NCBI GenBank assembly: GCA_048938385.1
Contig: JBHLMG010000014.1
Coordinates: forward strand, 1 to 61,124
Length of the DNA stretch: 61,124 bases
Direction: 5' to 3'
Origin: Promethearchaeota archaeon
GTDB taxonomy: Archaea > Asgardarchaeota > Hermodarchaeia > Hermodarchaeales > Hermodarchaeaceae
In this document: piece by piece, positions 40,205-50,442 of the stretch
Layout: each line of letters opens with the position of its first letter
Numbering within the stretch: position 1 is the stretch's first letter
Program-made: the position numbers and the translations under genes
The notes under the pieces: generated by a model
Seen by the model: the letters and a program-made list of their open reading frames with translations, nothing else
What the model was told of the DNA's origin: nothing
The model's database searches: none

Positions 40205-41484
40205 TTCGTTAAAAGACGTTTTTCAGGTTTGTATAGGAACCCGTACAGAGCCGTTGCAATGCTGTAACAGATGAGCGTAAACCAGAAAGGCAACAGATAG
40301 AGCCCAAGGTCATACAGTTGTCCAGTAATTTGAGCGCTGATAGCTAGAGCGGCGTTGAAGAAGAAAGTGATTACTGCACTAAGATGCGTTCGCCACGACT
40401 GAGGAACAAGTTCCATTTGTAGCGCCCCATCAATCGGAATCGACGCCGTCATGAAGACTTGACGAAAGATATAGCCGATACTAGCGATGAAGGGATCGAC
40501 GATCACCGCCAGTGTTACTAAAAAGGGAAGAGAGAGCGTTTGGACAACAATGATCGCACGAACTTTTCCGATCCGTGAGGATAGAACCGGAGCGAGGAAA
40601 GTGCCCAAGGCCATGCTAGCTGAGCCCAGTCCCTGAATTAATCCCACAGCAGGAGTTGGTAAATTGTAAAAGTTCCAAAAGAACACATTCAGAAACGGTA
40701 CAATAAATCCTGCACCGATCCCAAGAATCACATACAACAGGGCAAACCATGCCACAATTCCGAAATTGCCCTTTGGTTCATTTTGAACTGTCGTCTGTTC
40801 GGGCTGCTTGACAGCGGTTTCAAGCTTTTGCTTTCGAAAACGGTTTTGTTCCCGGATCAAAAGCAATGGAATAACCGCTAGGAGAAGAGGGATAACCCAT
40901 GAAACCAAGGCAAGTTGAAAAGTAGGCGCACTATCAATGGGGAGCGATAACGCTACAGCAAACCATACAGGCAGCAGTCCTGCTAAAGTACTCCCAAGGA
41001 ACATGCTGATGATATTTAACGACTGGGTCGTCCCAAACAAATGCGTCCGTTCATAAGCAGTACTATATTCAGATAGAAAAGGCGAGAACGCCACCCATGT
41101 CAGCGAGATCCCTACCCCGCCGATAACCTCACCGAGGATGAGTACTTCTGGTACAGGATTGAGCACCCTCCACATCGCGGAGGCTGTGAGAATCACCACA
41201 CCTAAGATTGTCGTCCGCGCAGCACCAATTCGAGTACAGAGCGGACCGACGAAGAGCGCGCTAATAGCAATAGAGACATAACTGATGGAGAGGATGCCGC
41301 CCAAGAAGGTGTTCGAGTATCCCAAGGAGAGGAGGAAGAGGTTGTAAATTGCACCAGAGGTGCCATAGGCGAATCCGAGAATCGTATTAGCGATAATGTA
41401 CTGTTTGGCGTTTAGGCTGAAATGCCGAATTCGATGCCAATACCCATTCAAGGTACTTCCTGAAGTCTCGGTCAACACGGGCAC
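40201..41484 (-). CDS. MFS transporter
   Basis: 12 TM pattern. Confidence 0.88.
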   Translation of the reverse strand: MPVLTETSGSTLNGYWHRIRHFSLNAKQYIIANTILGFAYGTSGAIYNLFLLSLGYSNTFLGGILSISYVSIAISALFVGPLCTRIGAARTTILGVVILTASAMWRVLNPVPEVLILGEVIGGVGISLTWVAFSPFLSEYSTAYERTHLFGTTQSLNIISMFLGSTLAGLLPVWFAVALSLPIDSAPTFQLALVSWVIPLLLAVIPLLLIREQNRFRKQKLETAVKQPEQTTVQNEPKGNFGIVAWFALLYVILGIGAGFIVPFLNVFFWNFYNLPTPAVGLIQGLGSASMALGTFLAPVLSSRIGKVRAIIVVQTLSLPFLVTLAVIVDPFIASIGYIFRQVFMTASIPIDGALQMELVPQSWRTHLSAVITFFFNAALAISAQITGQLYDLGLYLLPFWFTLICYSIATALYGFLYKPEKRLLTN

Positions 41485-41632
41485 CCATTCTCAGTTTGTG
41501 CGAAACCATTCGCACATGGTAATATTAACTCTTTCGCTTTGGTAATAATCCAAAAATGGCTAACCCGAACCCCATCACCTGTCAACCAATAGACCTGAAC
41601 TCTTCAGGCAGTGACCAACTTCATACGAAGAA

Positions 41633-42310
41633 TTACGCGAGCAACACGCCGCCAAGCATCACGGTCTGCAACAGGATGACAGCGGCCAACAAGGCACCTA
41701 AGAACCCAACTCCCAAGGGAATATCCAGCCAATTGGTCCGTCCAAAGGGAATCAGGCTCGCAACCCGCCGTCTATAGGCGATGTATTCATCTCCGAAGGT
41801 CTTCGCCAAGTAGGAATCTTCGATCAATCCAAGCACGATGTAGGCCCCAAGTTGAGCAAGCCAGAGAGCGACGGTCGCTTCCTTGCTTAGCCAACCAACC
41901 CCAAAGGTGCTATTCAACCACCAGTAAGTCAATCCCGTGAAGCCCAGCGTCAACAAGAGGAAACCAGTATACTGAGGATGACGTACGAACCCGTATGGAC
42001 CGGAGGTCACTAACCCTTCCTTCCGGTGACGCCAAAGGTAAATAATCGAATAGATGGCAAAACTGCCTCCCGTAATGATTAGTACATATGAGATCACCCC
42101 GCCTAAGGACATTAGACTCGCTCGAACGAACCCTGCCACTTCTAAGATGAGACCTGCGGGATACTGAGTGAACAACAGAATCAAAAATAACACTACGGGA
42201 AGAGACATCAGTCCAACATACACTCCTAATGAAGGGATCTGTTGGATGAGGAGGAGGAGATAGCCCGCCCCTTTCAGGATGCCGTCCCTAAGTTTCTGTA
42301 ATGTTGTCAG
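41633..42310 (-). CDS. Isoprenylcysteine carboxyl methyltransferase / PEMT-like membrane protein (probable CTG start 42310)
   Basis: LVTSGPYGFVRHPQY, FGDEY..YRRRV. Confidence 0.8.
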   Translation of the reverse strand: MTTLQKLRDGILKGAGYLLLLIQQIPSLGVYVGLMSLPVVLFLILLFTQYPAGLILEVAGFVRASLMSLGGVISYVLIITGGSFAIYSIIYLWRHRKEGLVTSGPYGFVRHPQYTGFLLLTLGFTGLTYWWLNSTFGVGWLSKEATVALWLAQLGAYIVLGLIEDSYLAKTFGDEYIAYRRRVASLIPFGRTNWLDIPLGVGFLGALLAAVILLQTVMLGGVLLA

Positions 42311-42475
42311 AGTTTACACCTCCAACCTAAATCGACTAGTACATTCACAATGAGTACGATGTTATAAACCTAAATTTTAGAACACAGGAATCCGGGAAGA
42401 AGGCGCTAAACATGAGGAATAATCCATGAGAAGGACACTTCTTTATAGTGCCTGGTAAGCTACATCTAACACGAA

Positions 42476-43117
42476 GTGAACCCCATAGCAATTACAAAAA
42501 AAGGCTGGCTATTTCTCCTCAGCGTTGCGGTCTTATTCATCCTAGTCACGATTTTGGCAGTCCTGACCGCGTATACTGACCCCTTGAGTCTAGCGATCCG
42601 GTTGTTTGCCCTATATGGCTTCACCGCTCTAGCTATCGCCACCTCGATGACGCCCTTTCTCAAAGAAATCACTCAAGCCCTTGGTCGCTCCTTTCTTAAG
42701 ATCCATCACCTGTTCGCCATCTCAGGTCTTGTGTTCGCAACTTTGCACCCCGTTTCCTTCGCCATCTCCCAGATGGATCTCACTGTGTTCCTGCCCCGGT
42801 TTGATTCTTGGCAAATTTTCTGGGAACTTGCAGGACGCCCAGCGCTCTACATCCTCTACATCGCCGCCATCGCGGCATTACTACGGTCGATGATTCCTAA
42901 ATACTGGCGTTACTTTCATGCCCTCATGTACATCGTACTCACCTTCGTCATCGCGCACGGCAACCTCTTCGGCACTGACTTCCAGAACCTAGGCATCCTC
43001 ATCATCATGAATGCGCTCTTCGTCATCAGCGTTAGTGCCTTTTTCTTGAAACGATACCAATACTACCAACGGAAACAACGAGCTAAAACCAAACGCGTCC
43101 AAAAGTCGGAAAAGTAG
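42476..43117 (+). CDS. Ferric reductase-like transmembrane (heme-binding) protein
   Basis: TM helices with His motifs KIHH, LHP, WRYFH, IAH. Confidence 0.75.
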   Translation: MNPIAITKKGWLFLLSVAVLFILVTILAVLTAYTDPLSLAIRLFALYGFTALAIATSMTPFLKEITQALGRSFLKIHHLFAISGLVFATLHPVSFAISQMDLTVFLPRFDSWQIFWELAGRPALYILYIAAIAALLRSMIPKYWRYFHALMYIVLTFVIAHGNLFGTDFQNLGILIIMNALFVISVSAFFLKRYQYYQRKQRAKTKRVQKSEK

Positions 43118-43154
43118 CGTCACAGTTTTGTAAGAGCATAAGTATAGAACCCGC

Positions 43155-43607
43155 ATGTCAGAAGTGAAAGCTAACTCGCTTCGGCTGCGTGGACGAGTCT
43201 TGGTCCTGTGGATTTTGTACTTGTCCTTTCTAGCTTATGTACTGCTCACGGCGTTCTTAGTGTATCTGCGAGGGGGCACAGTACAGGTGACCCTCCTCTT
43301 CGTGGATAGCATCGCCAACCTGATCGCCCTCTTTCTCGTGGTGTTTTATTCAACCCTGGGCTTGTATCTTACCTGGTACTTCCTTCGTCGAGCACAAAGA
43401 ACCAGTCCAGAGGAAGGGTATGCCTACGGGTTAACCTCCGTGGTAATTGGGGTGTCAGCACCGTATATTTACGCGTTGCTGCTCTCCTTTATGGGAATAA
43501 TGCGCGATTTGCTTCCAGTCCTCTATGTGGGACTGCTCTACGCCCTAGGCATCATCGTTGGCCTCCGAATCATTCCTCCCCTCATCACTCACCTCAAATC
43601 GAAATAA
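43155..43607 (+). CDS. Hypothetical membrane protein
   Basis: 4 hydrophobic segments. Confidence 0.7.
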   Translation: MSEVKANSLRLRGRVLVLWILYLSFLAYVLLTAFLVYLRGGTVQVTLLFVDSIANLIALFLVVFYSTLGLYLTWYFLRRAQRTSPEEGYAYGLTSVVIGVSAPYIYALLLSFMGIMRDLLPVLYVGLLYALGIIVGLRIIPPLITHLKSK

Positions 43608-44016
43608 TCGAAGATTGTTGTAGTTACTTACAAGCCATCGCCTTCTACTAGTTTACTGCCATTGCGTCGAGATGGATACCAAAACAATAGCAAAGCAGGA
43701 GAGAAAATACCAGAACCTGGAAGGACCGTAATTGAACGCAAACGCGAATGTGCTGAAAATCGGCGATTTATTGAAAGAACCGGTGCAATTCAAGGTAACC
43801 GTGGTTCAAGCTGACCCGAGGGGTTTAGTTTTGTACCATTTTATTCATCATTTGATCCATCCTTTGAAGCACTGTCAAGTCGCCAACCGGTGCCCTCACT
43901 TGCTATGCTTTGCACCCACATGTTCATGGCATTGGTAAAAAGGAATCGTTAATCGACTGAGCAGCGCTTACAGGCACATCTTAGCAGGTTTATGATAGTT
44001 TCAACTATTAAAGCGA

Positions 44017-44442
44017 TTAAGGGGTTCTCACTGGAAAGAGAGCAGCGAATAATTGTTGCAAAGGGCGAGTGGAAAGATAAGTCCATGCTGTCCAAAATCC
44101 TTCTTCAACGATTACGCCTAGTCGGAATCCTGCTTCAGACAGTTTGAGGAGGTATTCGAGGTGGAGTATCAGTTCGTGCAAGACGGAGCATAGACGGCTG
44201 GTATGGTCTCTTTCTGCCTCATTGGTGCTTTGGGTTAAGCTTAAGGTTTGCATCCAAGTTGGGTATGAGACTTCGACGACGAGTTTTATTTCAGCATTAC
44301 TTGGAATTTCGCGAACAAGAAGAATCTGAACCCATTCAGTTTCATAGACCAGTTCTACCTTTTCGAAAGAATCTCTAATCAAATTAGGACCGTCGTCAGC
44401 GACAAACTGTTCATATGCCTTCACAAAATCCGAATAGTTCAT
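44017..44442 (-). CDS. Hypothetical protein
   Basis: GGAGG SD, plausible composition. Confidence 0.7.
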   Translation of the reverse strand: MNYSDFVKAYEQFVADDGPNLIRDSFEKVELVYETEWVQILLVREIPSNAEIKLVVEVSYPTWMQTLSLTQSTNEAERDHTSRLCSVLHELILHLEYLLKLSEAGFRLGVIVEEGFWTAWTYLSTRPLQQLFAALFPVRTP

Positions 44443-44662
44443 TGTTTGATTCCCTCCAACTTTTCAAATAGAACAGGATTGTACAATAGCATTCCTCCGT
44501 TTGCTTGATTTCCCAGAGCAAAAGGAAAGCTGCGATAGGGAATATGGCAATGTTCGATATTAGCTGGCGTGAAGTGAGGGGTTTACAAATGGTATGTCCT
44601 ATAAAAGGCAAGATGCGGCTTTGTCAACTCACCTTAGTTGCAGGGAATTCTCTGAAAAATAG

Positions 44663-45676
44663 CTAGTATTCTTGCGAAGTCTCTGTAGTAAATTGTTGAT
44701 TGGACGCTTCTGCTGTTCCAAGCAGTCGGTCCCAGAACCGATCAAAGAGACCCGAATAAAAATGATGGGAGAAATAGATGACTGGTTTCACTGATTCCAC
44801 TCCATCGAGTTCTTTAATGCGATTTATGATTTGAGGTGACAGATTAGCGATTTTAACGAGGAACATACTGAAGAGCACCGGCGCGGAGGCACTGGCAATC
44901 GAACGCCAGTACTCTATTGGATATTCGTCTGCAAGCACTTTGACGATATATCGTCGCTGCTCATCTCCCCCGTTGTAGGTGATGTATGCGAAAAACCGCG
45001 TATCGCCACCTTCGGCAATATCACAGTCCACTCGAGTATGAAAACACTGCTGAGAGGTGCGATAATCACCAACTCCTCTCTCGTGGAACCAGTATTCATC
45101 AGCAGACCCATCTGGTCCGATTAGGTCAACTAAAAGTTTACGAACGCGTCGCCGGGTCAGTCCAGTGGATTGGGCAATTTCACTTACTGGCATCCGCACA
45201 TCCTTGCGGAGACAACGCAGCACTTGTACATGCATCGAGTTGAGAGGACACTTTTTGCCCCGCTCAACCAGCAGTGTGTGAAATTCCACATCGCTTACCG
45301 GTTCCAAGCCATAGAGGAATTGAGTGAGTTCATCCAACTCACATGAACCTACATACTTGCCCCAGCACAGCACATTCCCATCGGCAAGTAAGTTTACATG
45401 GTCAATCATTTTGTAGGCGCCGAGGCGATCTCGGAAGGCCTCGCTCGGAGGAGGATGCTTGACTTTTAAGATGGTTAAGAAAAATTCAGCATTCAGCATG
45501 GCGAAACTAGGAAAGATGAAGTATCGGCGAATGACGCTTGTATCCTCAAGCTTCACAACCCGGTTTCGCACAGCAGTAACGGATAACTCAAGGCGACGCG
45601 CCAACGCCCGGAATGACATGCGAGGATTAGTGCAAAGCGCGAAGATTATCTGTTTATCTATGAGGTCTACAGGCAT
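44663..45676 (-). CDS. Tandem Lrp/AsnC-type wHTH regulator
   Basis: Two Lrp HTH repeats (NPRMSFRALA; DVRMPVSEIA). Confidence 0.85.
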   Translation of the reverse strand: MPVDLIDKQIIFALCTNPRMSFRALARRLELSVTAVRNRVVKLEDTSVIRRYFIFPSFAMLNAEFFLTILKVKHPPPSEAFRDRLGAYKMIDHVNLLADGNVLCWGKYVGSCELDELTQFLYGLEPVSDVEFHTLLVERGKKCPLNSMHVQVLRCLRKDVRMPVSEIAQSTGLTRRRVRKLLVDLIGPDGSADEYWFHERGVGDYRTSQQCFHTRVDCDIAEGGDTRFFAYITYNGGDEQRRYIVKVLADEYPIEYWRSIASASAPVLFSMFLVKIANLSPQIINRIKELDGVESVKPVIYFSHHFYSGLFDRFWDRLLGTAEASNQQFTTETSQEY

Positions 45677-45862
45677 CGGCAGCTACCCAAAGTTTTCTCT
45701 TATTTATTCTCATACGGTAAAAATTCAACGGGTCACCTACACTCAGTACGATTGATAGAGTATAACACCTAAACCGTCACGATGGTCACCACACAAAGTG
45801 AGGATGCCGCTTTCATAATTCAGAAAAACGGGGGTTTTTCAGTTTAGAAAGGAGGGAAAATT

Positions 45863-46234
45863 TTGGGTAAGTCTAGAACCCCCAAGGTTACACTGTATGT
45901 CAGCTCATTTAAAATTTCAGAAGGCTACTATGTTGACCGCGAGAGTGCTGTCCATGCTTGCGCGAAGGCAGGATCGAAGCCCTTTGAGAGCCTAAAAGGA
46001 ACATCCCAATTATTTGGTCGCGTTTTCTCAGACAAAGATTGGTACGCAATAACTCTTGCTCAAAGTTGCCACACCACGCAAGGCATCGATATTGAAATCA
46101 TTGACTTCTCAGAGAGCTTTTGGCAACGATTGAAGCTGCGTCGTCAAGGCATTAAGCACACCCCACAATTCGTAGTCGACGACCAACAGCTCCCACCGAT
46201 TACCAGCATCGCAGACTTACAAGGCTACCTTTAG
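45863..46234 (+). CDS. Hypothetical protein with thioredoxin/glutaredoxin-like C-terminus
   Basis: GIKHTPQFVVD cis-Pro-like motif; divergent from the Lrp gene. Confidence 0.55.
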   Translation: MGKSRTPKVTLYVSSFKISEGYYVDRESAVHACAKAGSKPFESLKGTSQLFGRVFSDKDWYAITLAQSCHTTQGIDIEIIDFSESFWQRLKLRRQGIKHTPQFVVDDQQLPPITSIADLQGYL

Positions 46235-46370
46235 ACTTGATCAACATTGTACCAAAATCTCATCACAGTTAATCGATTCTTAGAGCCTAACAGGTTTGAG
46301 AAGAGGACGCACTCCCCAAGATGGATATGACCAAAGGCTCAAATTTGATGATTGCGCAGGTCATGGCAGA

Positions 46371-47450
46371 ATGACGCTCGATGTCTCGATGGTAAAGGAG
46401 AATCCGTGTATCCGCGAAGCCCTCCTCTTTGAACAACTCCCACAGGAAAAGGTGCAGTGTGGTGTGTGCAACCGCCGCTGTATCATCCCACTAGGCAAAC
46501 GCGGGCATTGTCAAGCCCGTGCGAACATCGCGGGGCGATTGTATGTCCTAACTTACGGGGATATCAGCTCGATGAGCGCGAACCCCATCGAAAAGAAGCC
46601 CTTGCACCATGTGTTTCCAGGAACCCGAGCCTTAACGATTGGGAGCTGGGGCTGTAACTTTGATTGTGTCTGGTGTCAAAACTGGCGAATCACTAAACGA
46701 GCCCCCGATCCTTTTCACAGTAATTATTTGGCACCATACGATTTCGTCGATACCATCCCACAGCGACACTGCCAGGGAACGAGCTTTTCGTTAAACGAGC
46801 CCACTACCGCCTTCTTCGAATATTCCTTGGATGTCATGCCCCAAGCCCGTGACCGCGGCTTCTACAACACCTATGTCACCAACGGCTACATGACCGAGGA
46901 GACGCTGAGATGGTTAGCAGCCGCTGGGCTAGATGCGATGAATATTGACATCAAGGGGTGTCACGCTGCCGTTCGCAAATACTGTGGGATTGATGTAAAT
47001 AAGGTCTGGCAGACAGCCCGACAGGCCCTAGATTTGGGTATCTGGGTGGAGATCACGACACTGGTGATTCCAGGCATGAATGATACTACGCGCTGTCTGT
47101 CGAGTATTGCACATCGAATCCACCAGGAGCTAGGAGCTGAAGTACCGTGGCATGTAAGCGCCTTTCACCCGGCGTATCGCGCAACAAAACATGGATTGGC
47201 CACTCCCACGCCAGTGTCAACTCTCGAACGGGCTCACACCCTCGGGAAAAAAGCAGGGCTCCACTTTGTCTATGTTGGCAATGTGTTTGGGCACCCAGCA
47301 GAGCACAGCTACTGTAAGACTTGCCATGCCCAGCTCATCCGGCGAACCGGTTATGATGTAGCCTTCATCCACTTGTCAAAGGACAACACATGTACTCAGT
47401 GTGGAACCATCAACCCCTTCCGATTGACGCCTTCTACTCCAGAAAGCTGA
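46371..47450 (+). CDS. amrS: AmmeMemoRadiSam radical SAM enzyme
   Basis: PIEKKPLHH, CNFDCVWCQNW, NEPT, TNGY, YVGNV. Confidence 0.9.
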   Translation: MTLDVSMVKENPCIREALLFEQLPQEKVQCGVCNRRCIIPLGKRGHCQARANIAGRLYVLTYGDISSMSANPIEKKPLHHVFPGTRALTIGSWGCNFDCVWCQNWRITKRAPDPFHSNYLAPYDFVDTIPQRHCQGTSFSLNEPTTAFFEYSLDVMPQARDRGFYNTYVTNGYMTEETLRWLAAAGLDAMNIDIKGCHAAVRKYCGIDVNKVWQTARQALDLGIWVEITTLVIPGMNDTTRCLSSIAHRIHQELGAEVPWHVSAFHPAYRATKHGLATPTPVSTLERAHTLGKKAGLHFVYVGNVFGHPAEHSYCKTCHAQLIRRTGYDVAFIHLSKDNTCTQCGTINPFRLTPSTPES

Positions 47451-47458
47451 ACGAGAAA

Positions 47459-47547
47459 TTATTCCTCGAAATTTTTGAATCACTGGTGTGGTCTTATCAA
47501 GGCGATTATGACCTTCAACGAGTATCCATTTGCTTGTTTATCACACG
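47459..47547 (-). repeat. Degenerate copy of hydrogenase 3'-end repeat
   Basis: Translates (with frameshifts) to INKQM...HNRLDKTTPVIQNFEE*. Confidence 0.65.
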
Positions 47548-47555
47548 AGTTTAAT

Positions 47556-48161
47556 TCAAATTTCAGGTTTTATTGAGCCCCAAGGTTTTCCGTATTTTCC
47601 ATCGAATGCAATTTCGTCTAAAGCCTTTCGGGGACGAGCTGGAGGATGTTCATCAGGTACCCCAAGCGCTACTAATACGACGAGATCGACATCCTCAGGG
47701 ATGTCAAGTTGTTTTTTGACTTGTTGGATGAATTCAACCGATCGCGATTCATAGGTGGCAATCCAGCAAGTACCATACCCCAGTGCCGTTGCCGCTAAAA
47801 CGAGATGGTCGGCTGCTATCATCGGGTCTTGGAGATGCCATCGAGCCTGGTTTCCTGGACAGCATGCGTTCTCCCGTTTTCCCAAAACAACAATAATGGC
47901 ATTTGCATTCGCAATGAATCGTTGCTGTGAAGGTTGCGCTAAGAGCTGTATGGTTTGAGGATCTCTTACGACGATGAATCGCCAGGATTGGCTGTTATTC
48001 GTCGATGGGGCAAGTTGCGCTGCTTGAAGGATTTTTTCTAAATCAGAATCCGGAACAGCATAAGGTTTGTAGCGCCGGATACTACGCCGTTTTTGCAAGA
48101 CCTCGAAGAAATTCTTTGTTGGTTCAAGAATGGAATTATTCGATGATGTTTGTTTCACCAT
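47556..48161 (-). CDS. Nitroreductase family protein
   Basis: RRSIR, APSTNNSQSWRF, GYGTCWI. Confidence 0.92.
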   Translation of the reverse strand: MVKQTSSNNSILEPTKNFFEVLQKRRSIRRYKPYAVPDSDLEKILQAAQLAPSTNNSQSWRFIVVRDPQTIQLLAQPSQQRFIANANAIIVVLGKRENACCPGNQARWHLQDPMIAADHLVLAATALGYGTCWIATYESRSVEFIQQVKKQLDIPEDVDLVVLVALGVPDEHPPARPRKALDEIAFDGKYGKPWGSIKPEI

Positions 48162-48327
48162 GGCTATTTCTCACACTCCACGGTTTAACGCTCCCACTGC
48201 TGCATATTGTATGCATGTTTGGGCAAGGAGAGACAGGTGGCCGCGTCTATTAACTAAGGCTTTAACCGTTGAACGAGTTGGTTCTTTTTTCATCATTTTC
48301 ATCCCTCTTTTTGATACACAATTTACT

Positions 48328-48954
48328 TTACGCCTTCTCACCAATTGCTACGAAAATACTAATCTGGGCTTTCTCTCCGCCTGTACATGATTCGGAACTA
48401 CATTGCTCCCCTGTTGATTCTACACGAACTTGTTGTAATCCAGTTTCAGCAAACCAGGCGTGGATATCATCCCGTTCAAATCCTAACCACACATCATGTT
48501 GTTCATGGCGGAGAAATTCGAGATCATGCTTGTCTATATCGGTAATAACTAATTTTCCACTGGGTTTTAGGATACGGATCATTTCTCGAAGACCCATTAA
48601 TGGTTGGGGGAGGTGGTGCAGCACCATATTAGCAAAGACATAATCGATTGAATTATCCTCGATCGGTAATTGGAGCACATCGCCTTTCCGGAACTCCACA
48701 TCTTGATTGCCAGCGAATTTTTCGCGCATCACATCGAGCATGGCGCTGGATTGGTCCACCGCGATGACTTGGAGGCCATGCTCAAGCAACCCTGTGGTGA
48801 CATACCCCGTTCCTGCTCCAACATCAGCAGCCAGTTGACCCTTTTTTACGCCCGCGAGGATGAATGCCTTTTCGCGTACGGCAGGTGAAAAAAACATTGA
48901 TTGTAGGTGGTCCCAATCAGGAGCTATATGATCGAAGTAGTCCTTGGCGTTCAT
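48328..48954 (-). CDS. Class I SAM methyltransferase
   Basis: DVGAGTG, NMVLHH, LKPSG, WLGF. Confidence 0.9.
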   Translation of the reverse strand: MNAKDYFDHIAPDWDHLQSMFFSPAVREKAFILAGVKKGQLAADVGAGTGYVTTGLLEHGLQVIAVDQSSAMLDVMREKFAGNQDVEFRKGDVLQLPIEDNSIDYVFANMVLHHLPQPLMGLREMIRILKPSGKLVITDIDKHDLEFLRHEQHDVWLGFERDDIHAWFAETGLQQVRVESTGEQCSSESCTGGEKAQISIFVAIGEKA

Positions 48955-49067
48955 CGAGTTACCCCTTTAATTTTTGAGAGCATGAGTGCTTTGGCAAGGT
49001 AAGTGTTGTAACTCGCCGTTCGAAGCTGGGTCAAGTAAATTTGTTTTCCACATTTACTGCATGCCAT
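48951..49067 (-). CDS. 38-aa CxxC peptide coupled to the methyltransferase
   Basis: MACSKCGKQIYLTQLRTASYNTYLAKALMLSKIKGVTR; ATGA stop/start overlap. Confidence 0.5.
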   Translation of the reverse strand: MACSKCGKQIYLTQLRTASYNTYLAKALMLSKIKGVTR

Positions 49068-49086
49068 TTTTCAGCACCTTTCTATT

Positions 49087-49147
49087 TATTGGATGCCCAA
49101 TACCTATTATTGGGCACCCTATATTTAAATGTATTGGGCACCCTATA
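49087..49147. promoter_or_regulatory. Three palindromic operators TATTGG-N4-CC(A/T)ATA around a TTTAAAT box
   Basis: Sites at 49087-49102, 49108-49123, 49132-49147. Confidence 0.8.
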
Positions 49148-49223
49148 CCTTCACCCTAATTCCGTGAAAACCCCATGTAGAAAAACACGAGCCTGACCCG
49201 CGGTGGCTAAGGACCATCCACAA

Positions 49224-49565
49224 TTAGGTTGAGGGCTTGCGCGCCTCGATAATATCATCGAACACCCGGAAAAAGTACCGTGTGGCCTCATTTAACCCCG
49301 ATCGTCCCTCCTCCGTTAAAGAAAAGATCACTTGCCTCCCCTCTCGTGCCCGGCGAACAAGTTTCTTTTGCGCGAGCTCTTTGAGGGCGGGATATATGGT
49401 GCCAGGAGTGGGTTTGCTACCTCGTCGCAGTCCAATCTGCTCAGCGAGTTCTTGGCCATTCATAGGTTTTTTACTCAGCTCCCAGAGAATCTGAAAGGAC
49501 AGCATACCCCGCATATCGCAGCAGTCAGGAGGGCAGCATTCGTCGGTTTGTTTTTCGTCAGGCAT
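49224..49565 (-). CDS. PadR-family regulator with Cys-rich N-terminus
   Basis: CCPPDCCDMRGML..., PGTIYPALKEL, LTEEG; start reassigned to ATG 49565. Confidence 0.88.
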   Translation of the reverse strand: MPDEKQTDECCPPDCCDMRGMLSFQILWELSKKPMNGQELAEQIGLRRGSKPTPGTIYPALKELAQKKLVRRAREGRQVIFSLTEEGRSGLNEATRYFFRVFDDIIEARKPST

Positions 49566-49571
49566 AGTATT

Positions 49572-49638
49572 TATTGGGCACCCGATACATTTAAATGTGT
49601 TTGTTTCTTTACTCACCCCATATATTGGTCATCCAATA
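49572..49638. promoter_or_regulatory. Two further operators in the padR/arsM divergent promoter
   Basis: TATTGGGCACCCGATA 49572-49587; TATTGGTCATCCAATA 49623-49638. Confidence 0.8.
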
Positions 49639-49653
49639 ATAAAGTGACGCGAA

Positions 49654-50391
49654 ATGACCGAAACGAAACGCATAACCAAAATGAGCGATGAAGAAATTAA
49701 AAAAGAAGTACGAAAAGCCTACACCAAGGTAGCCCAACCTACAAGCTCCTGTTGCGGATCAGGCACCAGGAGCAATTATGCCAAAAACCTAGGGTATTCA
49801 GTGGACGGGCTTCCAGACTCAGTGACCGAATCCTTTGCCGGATGTGGAAATCCCGTAGCTCTCGCAAGCCTGAAAGAAGGCGAGGTCGTGTTGGATTTAG
49901 GTAGCGGTGCAGGGCTGGATGCATTCATGGCAGCCCGCCAAGTTGGACCAACGGGGAGTGTGATCGGTATCGACATGACGCCGGCCATGATTGATAAAGC
50001 GAACGATAACGCTGAAAAACTGGGAGTGAAGAATGTCGAATTTCGGTTTGGCGATATAGAAGCCTTGCCCGTAGATGATGAGTCTGTTGATGTCGTCATT
50101 AGCAATTGTGTCATTAATCTTGCACCCGATAAAGGCAAAGTGTTTGAAGAAGCCTTCCGAGTCCTCCGCTCAGGGGGGCGAATGCTCATTTCTGATATCG
50201 TCTTAGAAGCCTCCCTGCCCCAGAATATCAGGGACGAGGTGGCTTCGTATACTGGCTGTCTTGGTGGCGCAATCCTCAAAGAAGAGTATCTGCAACTCAT
50301 TCGTCACGCCGGATTCACGGATGTGCGTATTGTCAGCGAAGCTTCATTTAACATTGCCACCAGCGCAAAAATCGAAGCCATAAAACCCTAA
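49654..50391 (+). CDS. arsM: Arsenite methyltransferase
   Basis: SCCG, GCGNP, LDLGSGAG.D, ISNCVINL, GCLGGA. Confidence 0.9.
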   Translation: MTETKRITKMSDEEIKKEVRKAYTKVAQPTSSCCGSGTRSNYAKNLGYSVDGLPDSVTESFAGCGNPVALASLKEGEVVLDLGSGAGLDAFMAARQVGPTGSVIGIDMTPAMIDKANDNAEKLGVKNVEFRFGDIEALPVDDESVDVVISNCVINLAPDKGKVFEEAFRVLRSGGRMLISDIVLEASLPQNIRDEVASYTGCLGGAILKEEYLQLIRHAGFTDVRIVSEASFNIATSAKIEAIKP

Positions 50392-50442
50392 TCGCAATTT
50401 CACCCATGACCACCCAATCAAATCTAGAGCAACCATGGCATA

